A model generated the notes under the pieces. The model was given only the letters and a program-made list of their open reading frames with translations. It was not told where the DNA came from and did not search any database. The position numbers were made by a program, and so were the translations under genes. DNA of 64,000 bases, from NCBI GenBank assembly GCA_964344175.1, contig CAYFMI010000009.1, positions 1,148 through 65,147 of the forward strand, read 5' to 3'. Positions within the stretch are counted from its first letter, which is position 1, and each line of letters starts with the position of its first letter. This DNA is from an uncultured Anaerolineales bacterium (GTDB lineage: Bacteria > Chloroflexota > Anaerolineae > Anaerolineales > UBA11858). Positions 1-8,725 of the stretch are shown piece by piece.

Positions 1-7
1 ACCAGTT

Positions 8-265
8 ATGGACCGCGAACGACGTTACAAGCTGATTGAAATTATTGTCCAACGCACAACAGAAATAGAACCAGGCCCCAAACCCGAAAGTAGACCAAGA
101 AGTTCACTCACCCAAAATATCGACACCGGCTTCGATCAAGCTATCAAACCCCTGCGCCACAAAGCGCGTTTTTCAACCCGTCAATGGTTGATATTGGGCG
201 CTTTCGCGCTGGCCGAGGTAATTATTCTGGTTATCTTCCTATTAATTATTATGCTAACAGCCTGA
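8..265 (+). CDS. hypothetical small protein with C-terminal membrane anchor; frame is open to the window edge so the N-terminus may lie upstream
   Basis: ORF track; hydrophobic C-terminus WLILGAFALAEVIILVIFLLIIML; no recognisable catalytic motif. Confidence 0.3.
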   Translation: MDRERRYKLIEIIVQRTTEIEPGPKPESRPRSSLTQNIDTGFDQAIKPLRHKARFSTRQWLILGAFALAEVIILVIFLLIIMLTA

Positions 266-322
266 CCCCTGCAATGGCGGCGTGTCAATTAATGATACAA
301 AACTGACCGCTACAAAGAAACT

Positions 323-1057
323 GTGGAAACTCCGCGCCTATCCATCATCATCCCCGCTCATAACGAAGAACAACGCCTGCCCCAAACACTGGAGCAGGTG
401 TTCAATTTTATACAAGTTCAATCCTATCTGACTGAAATCATCATCGTCGAAAATGGCAGCCATGACCGCACTTTCGAAATTGCCCAAGCCTTCGCTCAGA
501 ATCATTCGCCGTACCGCGTACTGCAAGAGCAAACCCCCGGCAAGGGCTTGGCTGTCCGGCGCGGTATGCTGGCCGCCGGCGGAGAATTCCGCTTTATGTG
601 CGATGCCGATCTTTCGATGCCTATCGCCGAAGTGAACCGCTTTCTACCCCCACAAATAAACGATTTCGATATCGCCATTGCCTCACGCGAAGCCCCCGGC
701 GCGGTGCGCTACAACGAACCCGAATACCGCCATCTGGGCGGGCGCGCCATCAACCTGATGATCCGCGCCCTGGCGCTGCCCGGCATGCACGATACGCAAT
801 GCGGTTTTAAATGTTTCCGCGCTTCAGTAGCCGAAGAAATTTTTGCCCGTCAAACGCTCACCAGCTGGTCATTCGACATTGAAATCCTCTTTCAAGCCCG
901 GCGGCGTGGTTATCGCATCCGCGAAATTCCCATCCCCTGGTACTTCAACGCCGACACCAAACTCAACCCCATCCGCGATGCCCTACAAATGGCGCTGGAC
1001 ATTTTCACCATTCACAAAAACGCCCTCCGAGGCCATTACGATGCCCCAAAAGATTGA
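323..1057 (+). CDS. family 2 glycosyltransferase (polyprenol-phosphate glycosyltransferase, DPM1/GtrB-like)
   Basis: N-terminal LSIIIPAHNEE..., VENGSHDRT, CDADLS (DxD-type) pattern typical of GT-A family 2; GTG start. Confidence 0.8.
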   Translation: METPRLSIIIPAHNEEQRLPQTLEQVFNFIQVQSYLTEIIIVENGSHDRTFEIAQAFAQNHSPYRVLQEQTPGKGLAVRRGMLAAGGEFRFMCDADLSMPIAEVNRFLPPQINDFDIAIASREAPGAVRYNEPEYRHLGGRAINLMIRALALPGMHDTQCGFKCFRASVAEEIFARQTLTSWSFDIEILFQARRRGYRIREIPIPWYFNADTKLNPIRDALQMALDIFTIHKNALRGHYDAPKD

Positions 1058-1688
1058 CCCGGCGTTAATCCCCGAAAATCCCACCCTGGAATTTGAGCAC
1101 GCACTCTGGCAAGCAGGTTTAAAACATGTGGCCGGAATTGATGAAGCCGGACGCGGCGCCCTGGCCGGGCCGGTAACTGCCGCAGCCGTGATCTTGCCGC
1201 CGGAGGGGATGCTCGAACGCAGCCTGAGCGGGGTGCGTGATTCCAAGCAAATGACCACCACCCAAAGAAAAGCCTGGGCAACGCGCCTGCAGGACCTGAC
1301 CCTGGCATTTGGCGTGGGGTGGGCGTCACCCGAAGAGATTGACACCCAGGGCATTGTCCCGGCCACGCGCTTAGCCGCCGAACGCGCCCTGCATTCCCTG
1401 AGCATTCAACCCGAACACCTGTTGCTCGATTACTTGTTGCTGCCTAACACAGACACCCCCCAAACCTCGCTGGTCAAGGGAGATGCCCGCTCGTTGAGCA
1501 TCGCCGCGGCTTCCATCCTCGCTAAAACCGCCCGCGACGCCCTGATGATCGAATTCGATGAAACATATCCCGGCTACGGTCTCGCCGCGCATAAGGGCTA
1601 TGGCACACAACAACACCGTAAGGCAATTGCAAAATTAGGCCGTTCAGATATTCATCGCATGTCTTTTCGGTTACAAGTTGAACGTTGA
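1041..1688 (+). CDS. rnhB: ribonuclease HII
   Basis: GIDEAGRGALAGPV active-site motif, DSKQ, ASILAK, GYGLAAHKGYGT; ATG at 1041 overlaps the stop of the upstream gene; the 843 start in the ORF track is an out-of-gene extension. Confidence 0.85.
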   Translation: MPQKIDPALIPENPTLEFEHALWQAGLKHVAGIDEAGRGALAGPVTAAAVILPPEGMLERSLSGVRDSKQMTTTQRKAWATRLQDLTLAFGVGWASPEEIDTQGIVPATRLAAERALHSLSIQPEHLLLDYLLLPNTDTPQTSLVKGDARSLSIAAASILAKTARDALMIEFDETYPGYGLAAHKGYGTQQHRKAIAKLGRSDIHRMSFRLQVER

Positions 1689-1719
1689 GGGTTGCAGGCT
1701 GTAACCTTCAACCGAAAAG
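1663..1719. repeat. imperfect hairpin built from tandem heptamers TCGGTTA CAAGTTG AACGTTG AGGGTTG CAGGCTG (1667-1701) closed by CTTTTCGGTT / AACCGAAAAG
   Basis: read directly; contains the rnhB TGA stop (1686-1688); 3' arm overlaps the AAAGGAG SD of the next gene. Confidence 0.7.
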
Positions 1720-1729
1720 GAGTTCAACC

Positions 1730-3610
1730 ATGAAAGCACGCAAACAATATGGTCTATGGCCCAGCCCAATCACACCGCAACGCATCGGCGCAGGGTTGAA
1801 ATTCAGCGATATCGCCTGGGACGATGACGGCTCACTCGTCTGGCGGGAGAGCCGCGGTGCGGGGGGCGCACTCGTAGTGCAGCCGCCCAACGAAGAAGCC
1901 TTTCGCGACCTGAACAGCGACTACACCGCCAGCGGCGGGGTGGGTTACGGCGGCGGCGATTTCTGCGCCGGGCGCGGGACGGTGTATTTCGTCGAGAGTA
2001 AATCGAAACGCATTTTCCGGCAGCCCACCCAGGGGAGCGGAGCTGCGAAACCCATCACCCCTCAATTCGGCGCCGCTGCATCCCCGGCAATCTCCCCCAA
2101 TGGCAGCCGCCTTCTTTTCATCCACACCTATGAAGGTCAAGATGCACTGGCTATCGTGAATACGGACGGAAAATCCTGGCCGGTCAAACTGATCTCCGGC
2201 GACGATTTTTACATGCAGCCCTGCTGGCATCCGGACGGGGAGAGCATTGCCTGGGTTGCATGGAATCATCCGCAAATGCCGTGGGACGGGACGATGTTAA
2301 AAATAGCTAGGTTGCAGGTCGATGGTAGGCAGGTGGACGAAGTGCAAACGATCGCCGGGGATGAGCAGACCTCGATCTTTCAGCCGCAGTTTTCACCTGA
2401 TGGGCGCTACCTGGCGTATGTCTCCGACGCGAGCGGCTGGTGGCAAATTTACCTGCACGATTTAGATAGCGGCGAATCGCGCCAACTCACCCGCGCCGAA
2501 GCCGAGCACGGCATCCCCGCCTGGGTGCAGGGGATGCGAACGTATGGATTTAGCCCGGGCGGAGAAAGGGTATTCTTCATTCGAATCGAGAACGGCATCA
2601 GCTATTTGTGGCAGGTGGATGTAGATAGCGGCGAGGAAAGGCAAATTACACTCCCAGAAGAATATACCTGGCTGGAACAGATTGCCGTGCATCCGCGCCA
2701 AGAACACATTGCCCTGATAGCCTCCGGCGGCCAACAACCGATGCGGGTGATCGTCAGCGACCCCGATGGTGGCTGCCGCGTTTGGCGGCGTTCTGCCCCC
2801 GAAGATCTACCCGCCGAGACCTACGCCGCCCCCGAAGCGATCACCTGGCGCGGCATGGACGGCAACGATGTGCATGGCCTGTTCTATGCCTTACAGAGTG
2901 AGCAGTTCGAGGGCATTGGCCTGCCTCCGCTGATGGTGCTGATCCACGGCGGGCCGACCAGCCAGCGCGGGGCAAGTTTCGACGCCCAGGTGCAGTTTTT
3001 TGCCACGCGCGGCTACGCTGTGCTGCAAGTCAACTATCGCGGCAGTACCGGCTACGGACGCGCCTACCGCGACATGCTGCGCGGCAATTGGGGCATCTAC
3101 GATGTTGAAGATGCCGTCAGCGGGGCGCGCTCCCTAGCCGAGGCCGGGCACGTCGATAGCGGGAAAATAGTCATCATGGGGGGCAGCGCCGGGGGCTTCA
3201 CCGTACTCAAAGCGCTGGAGGATTATCCCGGCACGTTCAAGGCCGGGGTGTGCCTATATGGGGTTGCCAATCAATTCTCATTGGTGGCCGACACGCACAA
3301 ATTTGAAGCGCACTACTCGGACTCGCTTTTAGGCCCCCTGCCCGAGGCCGCCGCCGTGTACCGCGAGCGCTCACCGCTCTATTTTGCCGAGAAGATTCAA
3401 GACCCGGTGATCGTCTTCCAGGGCGAGGATGATAAGGTCGTGCCAAAGGCACAATCGGATGCCATTGTGGCCGCCCTGGCGCGCAACGGCGTTCCGCACG
3501 CGTACCACGTCTACCCCGGCGAGGGGCATGGCTTCCGCAAGCCGGAGACGATTGAGCATTTTTATGGCACACTGGAGAAGTTTTTGCGGGAGTATGTGAT
3601 TTACGCGTGA
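1730..3610 (+). CDS. S9 family serine peptidase (prolyl oligopeptidase / acylaminoacyl-peptidase type)
   Basis: propeller-like N-terminal part plus C-terminal alpha/beta hydrolase with GGSAGG nucleophile elbow and PGEGHGF; AAGGAG SD 7 nt before ATG 1730. Confidence 0.8.
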   Translation: MKARKQYGLWPSPITPQRIGAGLKFSDIAWDDDGSLVWRESRGAGGALVVQPPNEEAFRDLNSDYTASGGVGYGGGDFCAGRGTVYFVESKSKRIFRQPTQGSGAAKPITPQFGAAASPAISPNGSRLLFIHTYEGQDALAIVNTDGKSWPVKLISGDDFYMQPCWHPDGESIAWVAWNHPQMPWDGTMLKIARLQVDGRQVDEVQTIAGDEQTSIFQPQFSPDGRYLAYVSDASGWWQIYLHDLDSGESRQLTRAEAEHGIPAWVQGMRTYGFSPGGERVFFIRIENGISYLWQVDVDSGEERQITLPEEYTWLEQIAVHPRQEHIALIASGGQQPMRVIVSDPDGGCRVWRRSAPEDLPAETYAAPEAITWRGMDGNDVHGLFYALQSEQFEGIGLPPLMVLIHGGPTSQRGASFDAQVQFFATRGYAVLQVNYRGSTGYGRAYRDMLRGNWGIYDVEDAVSGARSLAEAGHVDSGKIVIMGGSAGGFTVLKALEDYPGTFKAGVCLYGVANQFSLVADTHKFEAHYSDSLLGPLPEAAAVYRERSPLYFAEKIQDPVIVFQGEDDKVVPKAQSDAIVAALARNGVPHAYHVYPGEGHGFRKPETIEHFYGTLEKFLREYVIYA

Positions 3611-3619
3611 AGCAATTGA

Positions 3620-3648
3620 GTGCATTGCACCTTGCAGGTGCAATGCAC
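3620..3648. repeat. REP-like perfect hairpin GTGCATTGCACCT-TGC-AGGTGCAATGCAC (copy 1)
   Basis: 13-bp perfect stem, 3-nt loop, read directly; lies 9 nt from the RAYT stop. Confidence 0.7.
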
Positions 3649-3656
3649 TTCGTTCA

Positions 3657-4235
3657 TCAACCTCCTAAATATTGTCTGACTTCATTAGGCAAAACGAATG
3701 TGCGAAGATAATCTTCCACGAAGGCAGTATAACGATCTGGTGTTGGAAAATTCTCCCGAACAAATGCTATGTCAACCAGCGTGCCCGATCGCGTCCCTAT
3801 CCACTCCGCATAATTAGAGTAAGGCCAGTCATCAATATCATCCACCAAGCCATCTTTTACTGGGTTGGCATGGATATAGCGGCAAAGGTGTAGTAAATAT
3901 CTTTGCTCATCAACATGAATCGCCTTATACGGGCCTTCGAACAAAGTCCCACTGTGGCCATAACGCGCGTTGTATGCTTTACTGTAACTATTAAAAACCC
4001 GCTGCGGCAACAAACCCGCCCGATCATCCCCGTCCTGACGAACTAGAAAATGGTAATGGTTAGGCATCAGACAATAGGCAATCAAACATAGAGAGAATTC
4101 AGCGCAATATTTCTTAATCTTGCGTACAACAAAAATATAATTGTCCGGCTCGCGAAAAATGGATACGCCATGCGCGCCGCGGTTATAGATGTGGTAATGC
4201 CCGCCGGGAAAGTAATCTGGTCGTCTGGGGTACAT
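3657..4235 (-). CDS. REP-associated tyrosine transposase (IS200/IS605-type Y1 HUH transposase, RAYT-like)
   Basis: HIYNRG, LMPNHYHFLV (HUH = HYH), C-terminal RYIHANPV with candidate catalytic Tyr; 192 aa. Confidence 0.8.
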   Translation of the reverse strand: MYPRRPDYFPGGHYHIYNRGAHGVSIFREPDNYIFVVRKIKKYCAEFSLCLIAYCLMPNHYHFLVRQDGDDRAGLLPQRVFNSYSKAYNARYGHSGTLFEGPYKAIHVDEQRYLLHLCRYIHANPVKDGLVDDIDDWPYSNYAEWIGTRSGTLVDIAFVRENFPTPDRYTAFVEDYLRTFVLPNEVRQYLGG

Positions 4236-4272
4236 TTTAATTAATCAAGCAGTTCAAGTGCATCCCAACCAA

Positions 4273-4301
4273 GTGCATCGCACCTTGCAGGTGCAATGCA
4301 C
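4273..4301. repeat. REP-like hairpin GTGCATCGCACCT-TGC-AGGTGCAATGCAC (copy 2, one C.A mismatch), preceded by a partial duplication AAGTGCATC at 4256-4264
   Basis: read directly; sits between the TIR gene stop (4309) and the RAYT start (4235). Confidence 0.7.
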
Positions 4302-4308
4302 TGGTGAA

Positions 4309-5517
4309 CTAGCCTGAGGATATAAGACGAAACCCAACGCTTTCAAGAACGTCCGTAGGAAAAAACCTATTCCTTGCAGCACAACGCACGAACCTACGAA
4401 CAGTTAGCCATGCGCCACCGCGCACAACACGCCTACTAGTACTAGTGGGCAACAAATCTTCGCGGCCATCTTCCGGGGCGTAGGGGTACGCCTCGTACAA
4501 GCTGCTACACCATTCCCAGACGTTGCCGCTCATATCCGCCGCGCCATAAATGCTGTCGCCGCCCGGTGAATACTTTCCTACCGGGGCGGTTGTGCCGATG
4601 CCGGATTCTCTAGAATTGCATTTCTCCTCATCAAAGGCGTCGCCCCACGGAAAAATGCGGGCATCTACATCGCCCAAAACTCGTCTAGCCACAGACGAAA
4701 TCAGGCCACCTCGCGCCGCTTTTTCCCACTCGGCTTCGGTCGGCAAGCAGAAGGTCTGTCTGCTCTCTTTGCTTAGCCACTCGCAGAAGGCCTGCGCGTC
4801 GTGCCAGGAGATATTCACCACGGGGTGATTCTCCTTGCCCGAGGCAGCATACTTCTGCCAATCTCCAGCGGCTTTGTAATTCGAGGCTTTCACAAAGGCT
4901 TCATACTGCGCATTGGTAACAGGGTATTTGCTGATATAAAACTCCTGAAGATAAACACGGTGTTGGGGGAATTCATCATTATAAGCATCCTGGTCACTAG
5001 CATTATCACTCCCCATCAAGAATTCTCCTGCCGGTACGCGCATCAGTTGCATTGCGACGGGAGTAGTGAGTTCGAGCATATCGGGGGGCGAAAACTCTCG
5101 TGGGGCAATCGCTGTTGCTGCAGTCATTGAAACACCTGCCAATTCAAGCTGGCCGATTAACCGCTCCAGGCCTCTTTTATAGCCTGACTGAAAGTCAATA
5201 TACTGAATGCGCCGCAGCCTGAAGGGGGTTTCGCAATCTTTATAAAGCACCGGAAAGACGCGTTTGCTTTTGTCCAAAGCGTAGGCGATTTCATCGAGCA
5301 CATTGTCCGATTCGACCGCTTGGGGAGATAGCACCACCAGGAAGTACTCACAATCCCGCAGGGCGCGCTGCACGGCGCGATCCCAGCGCTGCCCGGCCTG
5401 GATGTCGCGCTGATCCAGCCAGGCGTACACGCCGCGTGCTTCCAGGTCAGCGACCAGGCCTTTTACAAAATCGTCGGCATCCTTGCGAGAATAGCTGATG
5501 AAGATTTGTTTGGTCAT
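4309..5517 (-). CDS. TIR domain - FGE-sulfatase (SUMF1) fold fusion protein
   Basis: N-term FISYSRKD...SDNVLDEIAYAL (TIR_2-like, Glu76 at the catalytic-Glu position); C-term RVPAGEFLMGS, YPVTNAQYEAFV, HPVVNISWHDAQAFCEWL, LPTEAEWEKAARG, GNVWEWC, RGGAW, GFRL. Confidence 0.8.
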   Translation of the reverse strand: MTKQIFISYSRKDADDFVKGLVADLEARGVYAWLDQRDIQAGQRWDRAVQRALRDCEYFLVVLSPQAVESDNVLDEIAYALDKSKRVFPVLYKDCETPFRLRRIQYIDFQSGYKRGLERLIGQLELAGVSMTAATAIAPREFSPPDMLELTTPVAMQLMRVPAGEFLMGSDNASDQDAYNDEFPQHRVYLQEFYISKYPVTNAQYEAFVKASNYKAAGDWQKYAASGKENHPVVNISWHDAQAFCEWLSKESRQTFCLPTEAEWEKAARGGLISSVARRVLGDVDARIFPWGDAFDEEKCNSRESGIGTTAPVGKYSPGGDSIYGAADMSGNVWEWCSSLYEAYPYAPEDGREDLLPTSTSRRVVRGGAWLTVRRFVRCAARNRFFPTDVLESVGFRLISSG

Positions 5518-5644
5518 TGGGAACGATCCCCGTTTTTTAGGTGCGACGCGCTGCGCGTTTCGAATCGCTCAGAAATCTTTTAGGTCCGTGCGTCGCGCCT
5601 GAGATACCAATGAGAAAAGTTTACAATAATTCTCCCCTGGGTGC

Positions 5645-5683
5645 AAATAAAAAGCCCCCAAAGGTTTGAACATCTTTGGGGGC
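5645..5683 (-). terminator. intrinsic terminator of the P-type ATPase gene
   Basis: GCCCCCAAAG / CTTTGGGGGC 10-bp stem followed on the minus strand by CUUUUUAUUU. Confidence 0.75.
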
Positions 5684-5689
5684 TAATCA

Positions 5690-8506
5690 TCATCCCCGCC
5701 GTCGTGCAATAAACCACTTGGTCCCTTCCGCCGCCAACGCGGGGACAAAGAGCAGCGGGAGCAAATAGCGCCATTGCGCCCAGGTCAATGGGGCGGTATC
5801 AAAGACCGGCTGCAAGAAGGGGATATAGATCACTGCCAGCAGCAAGACCAACGATGAAATTACCGCCCAGTTCATACTGCGGTTGGTGAACAAGCCCAAT
5901 TTCAATATCGGATAGACCTCCGAACGGGCAGTAAAGGCCCGCAGCAACTCTGAGAAGGAGAGCGCCACAAAGGCCATCGACTCGGCTATCTCTTGCTGAC
6001 CGGGGTATTGGCTGAGACCAATCTTGTAGGCAATCAAGGTAATGGCGGTGATGGCAATCGTCTGGATGGCAATGCCGGTCTGCATCATGCGATTGATAAT
6101 CGGTTCGGAGGGCGGGCGCGGCGGCCTGTCCATGATGTCGGGATCGCCTTCTTCAACGCCCAACGCTAATGCCGGCGCGCCATCGGTAATCAGATTGAGC
6201 CATAAAAGCTGAATCGCTGTCAGGGGGGAGGGCAAACCCATCAACGTCGCCAGGAATATGATCGCAATTTCAGCCAGGTTGCATGAGAGTAGATAATACA
6301 CAAACTTGCGAATATTACTGTAAATCACGCGCCCCTGCTCCACTGCCGAAACAATACTGGCATAATTATCATCGGTGAGCACCATATCGGCGGTCTCTTT
6401 GGTCACATCTGTGCCGGTGATGCCCATCGCCACCCCGATGTCGGCTTGTTTGATGGAAGGTGCATCGTTGACGCCGTCGCCGGTCATTGCCACCACTTCG
6501 CCGTTGGCGCGCAACGCCTGCACCACGCGCATCTTGTGCTGCGGCGAAACCCGGGCAAAGACATCCGTATGACGCACTTTCTCTTGCAATGCGGCGTCAT
6601 CCAGGGTGTCGAGTTCCACCCCGGTAAGGACACCACGGCCTTCATCGAGCAGGCCGATGTCATCGGCAATAGCGCGGGCGGTGTTGGGGTAGTCGCCGGT
6701 GATCATTACCGTACGGATGCCGGCCGTACGCGCTACATTCAACGCCGGAGTCACCTCGGGGCGCGCGGGGTCAATCATGCCGATCAGCCCAACGAAGATC
6801 AAATTCTCTTCCAGACCGTCATCCATGAACTCGCCATCATTGTCATTATCTAAATTGTTTGCTACCCGGTAGGCCACACCCAGTACGCGCAGGGCATCCT
6901 GGGTCATCGAATCATTGGCATCCAGAATGCGGCGGCGCTGTTCGTCATCTAATCGCACTGCCTGATCTTCGCGATTCTGGTAGTGCGTGCATTGTTGCAA
7001 GACCACATCGGGGGCGCCTTTCTCGGCGACTACATACCACTGGCGTTGTTTATCGTCGTAAAAGGGGGAAATGTCTTCGGGTTTGGGGTCGCTGACTGTA
7101 TGCACGGTGACCATGCGCTTGCGGTCAGAATCGAAGGGGATTTCCTGAATGCGCGGATAAGACTGATTCAGCGGGCTGGACATTGCGCCCGCTTTAGCAG
7201 CGGCGACCAACAGGGCGCCCTCGGTGGGGTCACCCACGACCCGATAGATGATCTCGCCTTTATCGGTGGTGTGCGTCTCCAAGACAGCATCATTATTCAA
7301 CGCGCCAATCCACAACGTGGTGAGAATGGCGGGATAGTCGGACAAATTAATGGGGGCACCCTGATAGAGAAAATCGCCTTCGGGAGCATACCCGCTTCCG
7401 GTGATGTCGATAAACTCCCCATCGGCAGCGACGCGGGTGACCGTCATCTCGTTCTGGGTCAGGGTTCCAGTCTTGTCGGAGCAGATCACCGTGGCTGAGC
7501 CGAGCGTTTCAACCGATGACAGCCTTCGGATGAGGGCGTTGCGCTTAATCATCTCGCGCATGCCCAGGGCCAGGCTGATGGTCACAACAGCGGGCAACCC
7601 CTCGGGCACGGCGGCAATCGCCAGGCTGACGGCGATGATGAACATCTCCAGCGGAGGCGTGCCGCGCAGCCAGCCCAACAGAAAGACCAGGCCACATACC
7701 GCCAGCGCCGCCCAGCCCAGGGTGCGCCCTAGCTGATCGAGGCGCTTTTGCAGCGGTGTTTGTTCTTGCTCTACAGATTGCAGCATCTCGGCAATGCGCC
7801 CGATTTGCGTTTGCATGCCGGTTCCAACGACCGCACCAATCCCGCGTCCATAGGTCACAACCGTGCCCATAAAGGCGGTGTTCTCCCGGTCGCCGGTGGG
7901 TGTATCTGAGGGAAAGACCGCATCGGCTTCTTTTTTCACAGGGACAGATTCACCCGTCAGAGGGGCCTCATCCACCCGGAGGTTGACTGTTTCCACCAGC
8001 CGCACATCGGCAGGGATGTAGTTACCCGCTTCGAGAAAGACAATATCACCGGGAACCAGCTCACGCCCCGGGACGCTAATGCGGCTGCCATCCCGCAACA
8101 CATTGGCCTCGGGTGCGGCCAGTTCTTGCAAAGCTGCTAATGCGGCCTCGGCGCGGCGTTCTTGCACGACGCCCAACCCAGCATTGAGGATCACAATTGC
8201 CATAATTGCAGCGGCTTCTACCCAATCGCCCAGCAATGCCGAAATCACTGCTGCGACAATCAAAAGCATTACGACAAAATCGCTAAACTGCGCCCACAAC
8301 ATTTGCCAGACGGTTGTCGGGGGGGCTTCTTTTAATTTGTTAAGACCGTAGGTTTCGAGATGGTTGTGCGCTTCCCCCATTGTAAGGCCCTGTTCTAACG
8401 ATACCCTTAATGTTTGTAAGGTTTCTTCAGAAGACAGTGTGTGCCATTGCGTATCCAACTGTGAGGATTTTTCGCTGGCGGCTCTCTGCTTTTCTTCGTG
8501 TGACAT
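5690..8506 (-). CDS. P-type cation-transporting ATPase (type IIA, Ca2+-ATPase-like)
   Basis: TGES (PLTGESVPV), CSDKTGTLTQNEM phosphorylation site, TGDGVNDAP hinge; second ATG (8506) has a GGAG SD 6 nt upstream. Confidence 0.85.
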   Translation of the reverse strand: MSHEEKQRAASEKSSQLDTQWHTLSSEETLQTLRVSLEQGLTMGEAHNHLETYGLNKLKEAPPTTVWQMLWAQFSDFVVMLLIVAAVISALLGDWVEAAAIMAIVILNAGLGVVQERRAEAALAALQELAAPEANVLRDGSRISVPGRELVPGDIVFLEAGNYIPADVRLVETVNLRVDEAPLTGESVPVKKEADAVFPSDTPTGDRENTAFMGTVVTYGRGIGAVVGTGMQTQIGRIAEMLQSVEQEQTPLQKRLDQLGRTLGWAALAVCGLVFLLGWLRGTPPLEMFIIAVSLAIAAVPEGLPAVVTISLALGMREMIKRNALIRRLSSVETLGSATVICSDKTGTLTQNEMTVTRVAADGEFIDITGSGYAPEGDFLYQGAPINLSDYPAILTTLWIGALNNDAVLETHTTDKGEIIYRVVGDPTEGALLVAAAKAGAMSSPLNQSYPRIQEIPFDSDRKRMVTVHTVSDPKPEDISPFYDDKQRQWYVVAEKGAPDVVLQQCTHYQNREDQAVRLDDEQRRRILDANDSMTQDALRVLGVAYRVANNLDNDNDGEFMDDGLEENLIFVGLIGMIDPARPEVTPALNVARTAGIRTVMITGDYPNTARAIADDIGLLDEGRGVLTGVELDTLDDAALQEKVRHTDVFARVSPQHKMRVVQALRANGEVVAMTGDGVNDAPSIKQADIGVAMGITGTDVTKETADMVLTDDNYASIVSAVEQGRVIYSNIRKFVYYLLSCNLAEIAIIFLATLMGLPSPLTAIQLLWLNLITDGAPALALGVEEGDPDIMDRPPRPPSEPIINRMMQTGIAIQTIAITAITLIAYKIGLSQYPGQQEIAESMAFVALSFSELLRAFTARSEVYPILKLGLFTNRSMNWAVISSLVLLLAVIYIPFLQPVFDTAPLTWAQWRYLLPLLFVPALAAEGTKWFIARRRG

Positions 8507-8696
8507 GCAAAGCTCCATTTAACAAAAGTTTGATTGCATAGACGTTACGCATTTGCGAAAAGGGAAGTCCTATTTCGATATAAGATCCCAGGGCAGCCTC
8601 GTCCCCTGGGGTTTCTGATTATACCGCGCTCTATGATACTTGATGAAGAATGAGGGATGACCCCCACATTTTATAGGGATAATTTGCGCACTCGAC

Positions 8697-8725
8697 TTCA
8701 CCACCAGGCTTGAGAATGCTATAAT
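8697..8725 (+). promoter_or_regulatory. candidate icd promoter TTCACC-N17-TATAAT with extended -10 TG
   Basis: hexamers and TGcTATAAT read directly; implies a leader of about 120 nt. Confidence 0.35.

Larger units (their letters stand above)
3620..4301 (-). mobile_element. REP-RAYT-REP unit (HUH tyrosine transposase gene bracketed by two copies of the same hairpin)
   Basis: hairpins at 3620-3648 and 4273-4301 flank ORF 3657-4235; 60-nt lines I counted inside the gene are 28-40 percent GC versus about 58 percent in a flanking gene line. Confidence 0.6.

Noticed and set aside
843-1040. N-terminal 66-aa extension of the RNase HII ORF in the track
   Set aside because: It overlaps the 3' part of the glycosyltransferase gene in another frame. 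RNase HII similarity begins only after the ATG at 1041, which is positioned for coupling to the upstream stop.
4309-5517. Calling the TIR gene a Thoeris (ThsB) component
   Set aside because: No ThsA-type (SIR2/Macro-SLOG) gene or any other recognised partner is nearby. The FGE-fold fusion is also not the Thoeris architecture. It is therefore left as an uncharacterised stand-alone TIR effector.
5555-5575. GTTTCGAATCGC, considered as a tRNA T-arm
   Set aside because: The flanking bases do not form a T stem, and no acceptor, D or anticodon arms can be drawn. I found no tRNA-like cloverleaf anywhere in the intergenic regions I read.
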